From Polyangiaceae bacterium (GTDB taxonomy: Bacteria; Myxococcota_A; Polyangia; Polyangiales; Polyangiaceae): DNA of 64,000 nt. The stretch spans positions 1 through 64,000 of the forward strand of contig JANRKO010000020.1 in assembly GCA_033763455.1 (NCBI GenBank), in the 5' to 3' direction. A program made the translations under genes and the position numbers. The notes beneath the pieces are model-generated. The model was not told where the DNA came from. It ran no database searches and saw only the letters and a list, made by a program, of their open reading frames with translations. This document shows, one piece after another, positions 61,527 through 64,000 of the stretch; positions within the stretch are counted from its first letter, which is position 1, and each line of letters starts with the position of its first letter.

Positions 61527-64000
61527 ATGACTACTACATCTGCCGCCACCTCTGAAGACGTGAACCTTTATGAGCTCCTAGGAGGTGAAGATATTATCCG
61601 AGCCGCCGTGGACGCATTTTACGAACGCGTGCTCGCTGACGAAGAACTTGCACCCTACTTCGAAGACGCAAATATGAAGGGGCTAAAGAAGAAGCAAACG
61701 ATCTTCTTGTCGCAGGCTTTGGGCGGCCCCCAAAAGTATCGCTGGCGCGACATGCGAACGGCTCACGCAGGAATGAACATCACAGCCGAGCATTTCGATC
61801 GAGTTGCTGAACACCTGGTGGCAACACTCACCGGCTTGGGCGTGAACATGCCCACCGTAAACAAGATCCTAGCGGTGGTAGCGCCGCTTAAAAACGACAT
61901 CGTGGACGACCGCAGCAGCGGCAAACAACCAATCTCAGAGGAATCTCGCATGGCAAGCTTATCGCAAATCCCCCCCCATCAGAACGGCTCCGCTCGCAGC
62001 TCCGCCCCGAAGGCCCCGCTTGGGGCCCTCGCGCAGGATAGCGCAATTTTGGCAGAGCTGCTCGAAGCCCTGCACACTACAACTGCCTTTCAAGACGTGG
62101 TCACCACCGCGCTGGAGCTTGTGTGTGAACGCATGGGCTGGAGCTACGCCGCGTACCTATCCGTCGATACCGAACAAGACGTGATGCGTTTTGTAGCCGA
62201 CTACGGGCAAACGGACGCCGCCCTTTCCCGTCTAGTGCGAGGTGCACAGTGGCGGCGTGGCGAAGGGATCGCCGGCCAGGCCTGGGACGATGGTAAACAA
62301 CTCGTGGCGGATGCGGATGAGGACTTTGGAAATCCGCGCTTGGCAGCAGCCGCGGAACGCGCACGAATGGCCACCAGTCTCGCGTTGCCCCTCTCGCTAG
62401 GGAACCGTACGGCAGGCGTATTCCTTTTCTACTCAACCACTGAGCAGAACGTGAACTCCCAGGCGCAGAAGGTGTTCCGAAGCGTGGCCACATTAGTGGG
62501 TGCTGCCGTCGAACGCGCTGACACTGGACGCATTCGATCCATGTTGGATAAGGCCCCCACCAACGTCATTTACGCGGATAAAGACTTCATCATCCGCTAC
62601 GCTAATGCGGCTTCACTGAAGACCCTCCGGTCCCTGGAAACGTATCTCCCCTTCAAGGCCGACGAACTTGTTGGAAAATCAATCGACGTTTTTCACAAGC
62701 ATCCAGAACACCAACGCAAGTTACTTTCGGATCCGAAGAACCTCCCCCACCAAGCCCTCATCCAGCTTGGTCCGGAGACACTAGATCTTTTGGTGAGCGC
62801 AATTACGGACGACTCTGGCCGCTACCTTGGGCCCATGTTGACCTGGCAGGTTGTTACCCAGAAGGTGAAAACCGAACGCGAAATGGCGCGCATCTTCAAC
62901 ATGATGGAAAACGCACCCATCAATGTGATCTATGCCGACAAGAATTTCAACATTCAATACATGAACCCGGCATCGCTCCGCACGCTAAAGAGCATTGAGC
63001 AATATCTGCCTGTGCGTGCTGATGAAGTTGTCGGAAAGTCAATTGACGTTTTCCACAAGCACCCAGAGCACCAGCGCACCTTGCTCTCTGACCCAAAGAA
63101 GCTACCTCATCAGGCCATCATCAACGTAGGTCCAGAGAAGCTCGACCTGCTAGTAAGTGCCATTTACGACTCCAAGGGGGAATACCTGGGCCCGATGGTC
63201 ACCTGGCAGGTGGTAACGCAAAAGCTCAAGACCGAGCGTGAAATGGCGCGAATCCACAACATGATGGAAAACGCACCCATCAACGTCATTTACGCCGATC
63301 GCGAAGGCACCATTCAGTACATGAATCCTGCCTCTTTGAAGACGCTCCGCTCCCTCGAGGCACACCTACCGGTGCGCGCGGACGAAATCATCGGAAAATC
63401 GATCGACATCTTCCACAAGAAGCCGGAGCACCAGCGCGGTATCGTTGCCAACCCAAAGAACCTCCCCCACGAGGCCACCATTTCCGTCGGCCCAGAGAAG
63501 CTGCGACTGCTCGTGAGTGCGATTCTCGACCAAAAGGGTGAATTCCTCGGGCCAATGCTCACTTGGGAAGTAGTTACCGAAAAACTCAAGCTTGAGGCCA
63601 AGCAGAAGGAAACCGCAGTGCTATCTGCCGGCATGTCAAAGCTGATGGAAGCCCTGGGCAATGCACTCACTCCGAGCGAGTGCCTGCGTGTCGCCCTCGA
63701 CACCATGCGCGAAGGCTTCAACTGGACCTACGGAGCGCTGTGGCCTCTGGACACCGAGAGCAAAACGCTCAAGTTCATGCAGGATTCTGGCGAAATTGCG
63801 CCGGAGTTCCGGCGTTCATCTGAAACAGCGACGTTTCGTTTGGGGCAAGGCCTCGGTGGTCGCGCCTGGCAAAGCATGGACATGATAGCTGTGGATGATC
63901 TCTCCCAGCTCACCGATTGCCCCCGCGTAGGCGTGGCGGGTCGCATTGGTATCAAAACAGGAGCCGCCTTTCCCATCATTGTGGACGGTAAGCTCTGGGG
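61527..64000 (+). CDS. Partial soluble sensor, probably a chemoreceptor: group I truncated globin - GAF - 3x Aer2-like PAS - GAF, running off the window end
   Basis: Hand translation from ATG 61527 (GAGGG ribosome site) finds no stop to 64000: LYELLGG..AVDAFYERV..QTIFL..ALGGP..TAHAGM; GEGIAGQAW; 3x SID.FHK.PEHQ..LGPM.TW. Confidence 0.88.
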   Translation, partial: MTTTSAATSEDVNLYELLGGEDIIRAAVDAFYERVLADEELAPYFEDANMKGLKKKQTIFLSQALGGPQKYRWRDMRTAHAGMNITAEHFDRVAEHLVATLTGLGVNMPTVNKILAVVAPLKNDIVDDRSSGKQPISEESRMASLSQIPPHQNGSARSSAPKAPLGALAQDSAILAELLEALHTTTAFQDVVTTALELVCERMGWSYAAYLSVDTEQDVMRFVADYGQTDAALSRLVRGAQWRRGEGIAGQAWDDGKQLVADADEDFGNPRLAAAAERARMATSLALPLSLGNRTAGVFLFYSTTEQNVNSQAQKVFRSVATLVGAAVERADTGRIRSMLDKAPTNVIYADKDFIIRYANAASLKTLRSLETYLPFKADELVGKSIDVFHKHPEHQRKLLSDPKNLPHQALIQLGPETLDLLVSAITDDSGRYLGPMLTWQVVTQKVKTEREMARIFNMMENAPINVIYADKNFNIQYMNPASLRTLKSIEQYLPVRADEVVGKSIDVFHKHPEHQRTLLSDPKKLPHQAIINVGPEKLDLLVSAIYDSKGEYLGPMVTWQVVTQKLKTEREMARIHNMMENAPINVIYADREGTIQYMNPASLKTLRSLEAHLPVRADEIIGKSIDIFHKKPEHQRGIVANPKNLPHEATISVGPEKLRLLVSAILDQKGEFLGPMLTWEVVTEKLKLEAKQKETAVLSAGMSKLMEALGNALTPSECLRVALDTMREGFNWTYGALWPLDTESKTLKFMQDSGEIAPEFRRSSETATFRLGQGLGGRAWQSMDMIAVDDLSQLTDCPRVGVAGRIGIKTGAAFPIIVDGKLW
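62541..63590 (+). repeat. Three tandem 360-bp PAS-coding repeats
   Basis: Units start at 62541, 62901 and 63261. Confidence 0.9.

Noticed and set aside
61763..63979. Short ORFs listed in the track over the window end
   Set aside because: They are shadows of the long plus-strand frame starting at 61527
1..64000. Prophage, IS elements, integrase, tRNA or rRNA
   Set aside because: No such motifs recognised; small RNAs cannot be excluded without covariance searches

Overview
Chromosomal segment of a bacterium whose gene content points to Myxococcota, probably Polyangiaceae-like (inferred from the DUF1552/DUF1592 pair, a fibro-slime/Cys-rich repeat protein and Gly/Ser-rich lipoproteins). No rRNA, tRNA, CRISPR array or mobile element was recognised. 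From left to right: (1) a complete E. coli-type mukF-mukE-mukB condensin operon directly behind a GH31 glycosidase, with MukB carrying a long acidic repeat tail that ends in a beta-clamp-like QxxLF motif; (2) a C39-like peptidase / RimK-type ATP-grasp / glutamate-cysteine-ligase-like / N-formylglutamate amidohydrolase operon; (3) a hybrid kinase divergent from a receiver, Cys-rich lipoprotein, porin-like and binding-protein-like cluster; (4) a PspA + classical AAA+ ATPase + TerB-like + membrane-protein operon; (5) secreted-protein genes typical of myxobacteria; (6) a roughly 28 kb chemosensory/flagellin region with two CheA systems, three CheX-like proteins, MshEN-like motifs, and a minimal flagellin behind a sigma-54 promoter and CsrA-like sites. 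A large ORF missing from the supplied track (61527 to beyond 64000) encodes a soluble truncated-globin-GAF-3x(Aer2-like PAS)-GAF sensor. All family calls come from motif recognition by eye, not from database searches.
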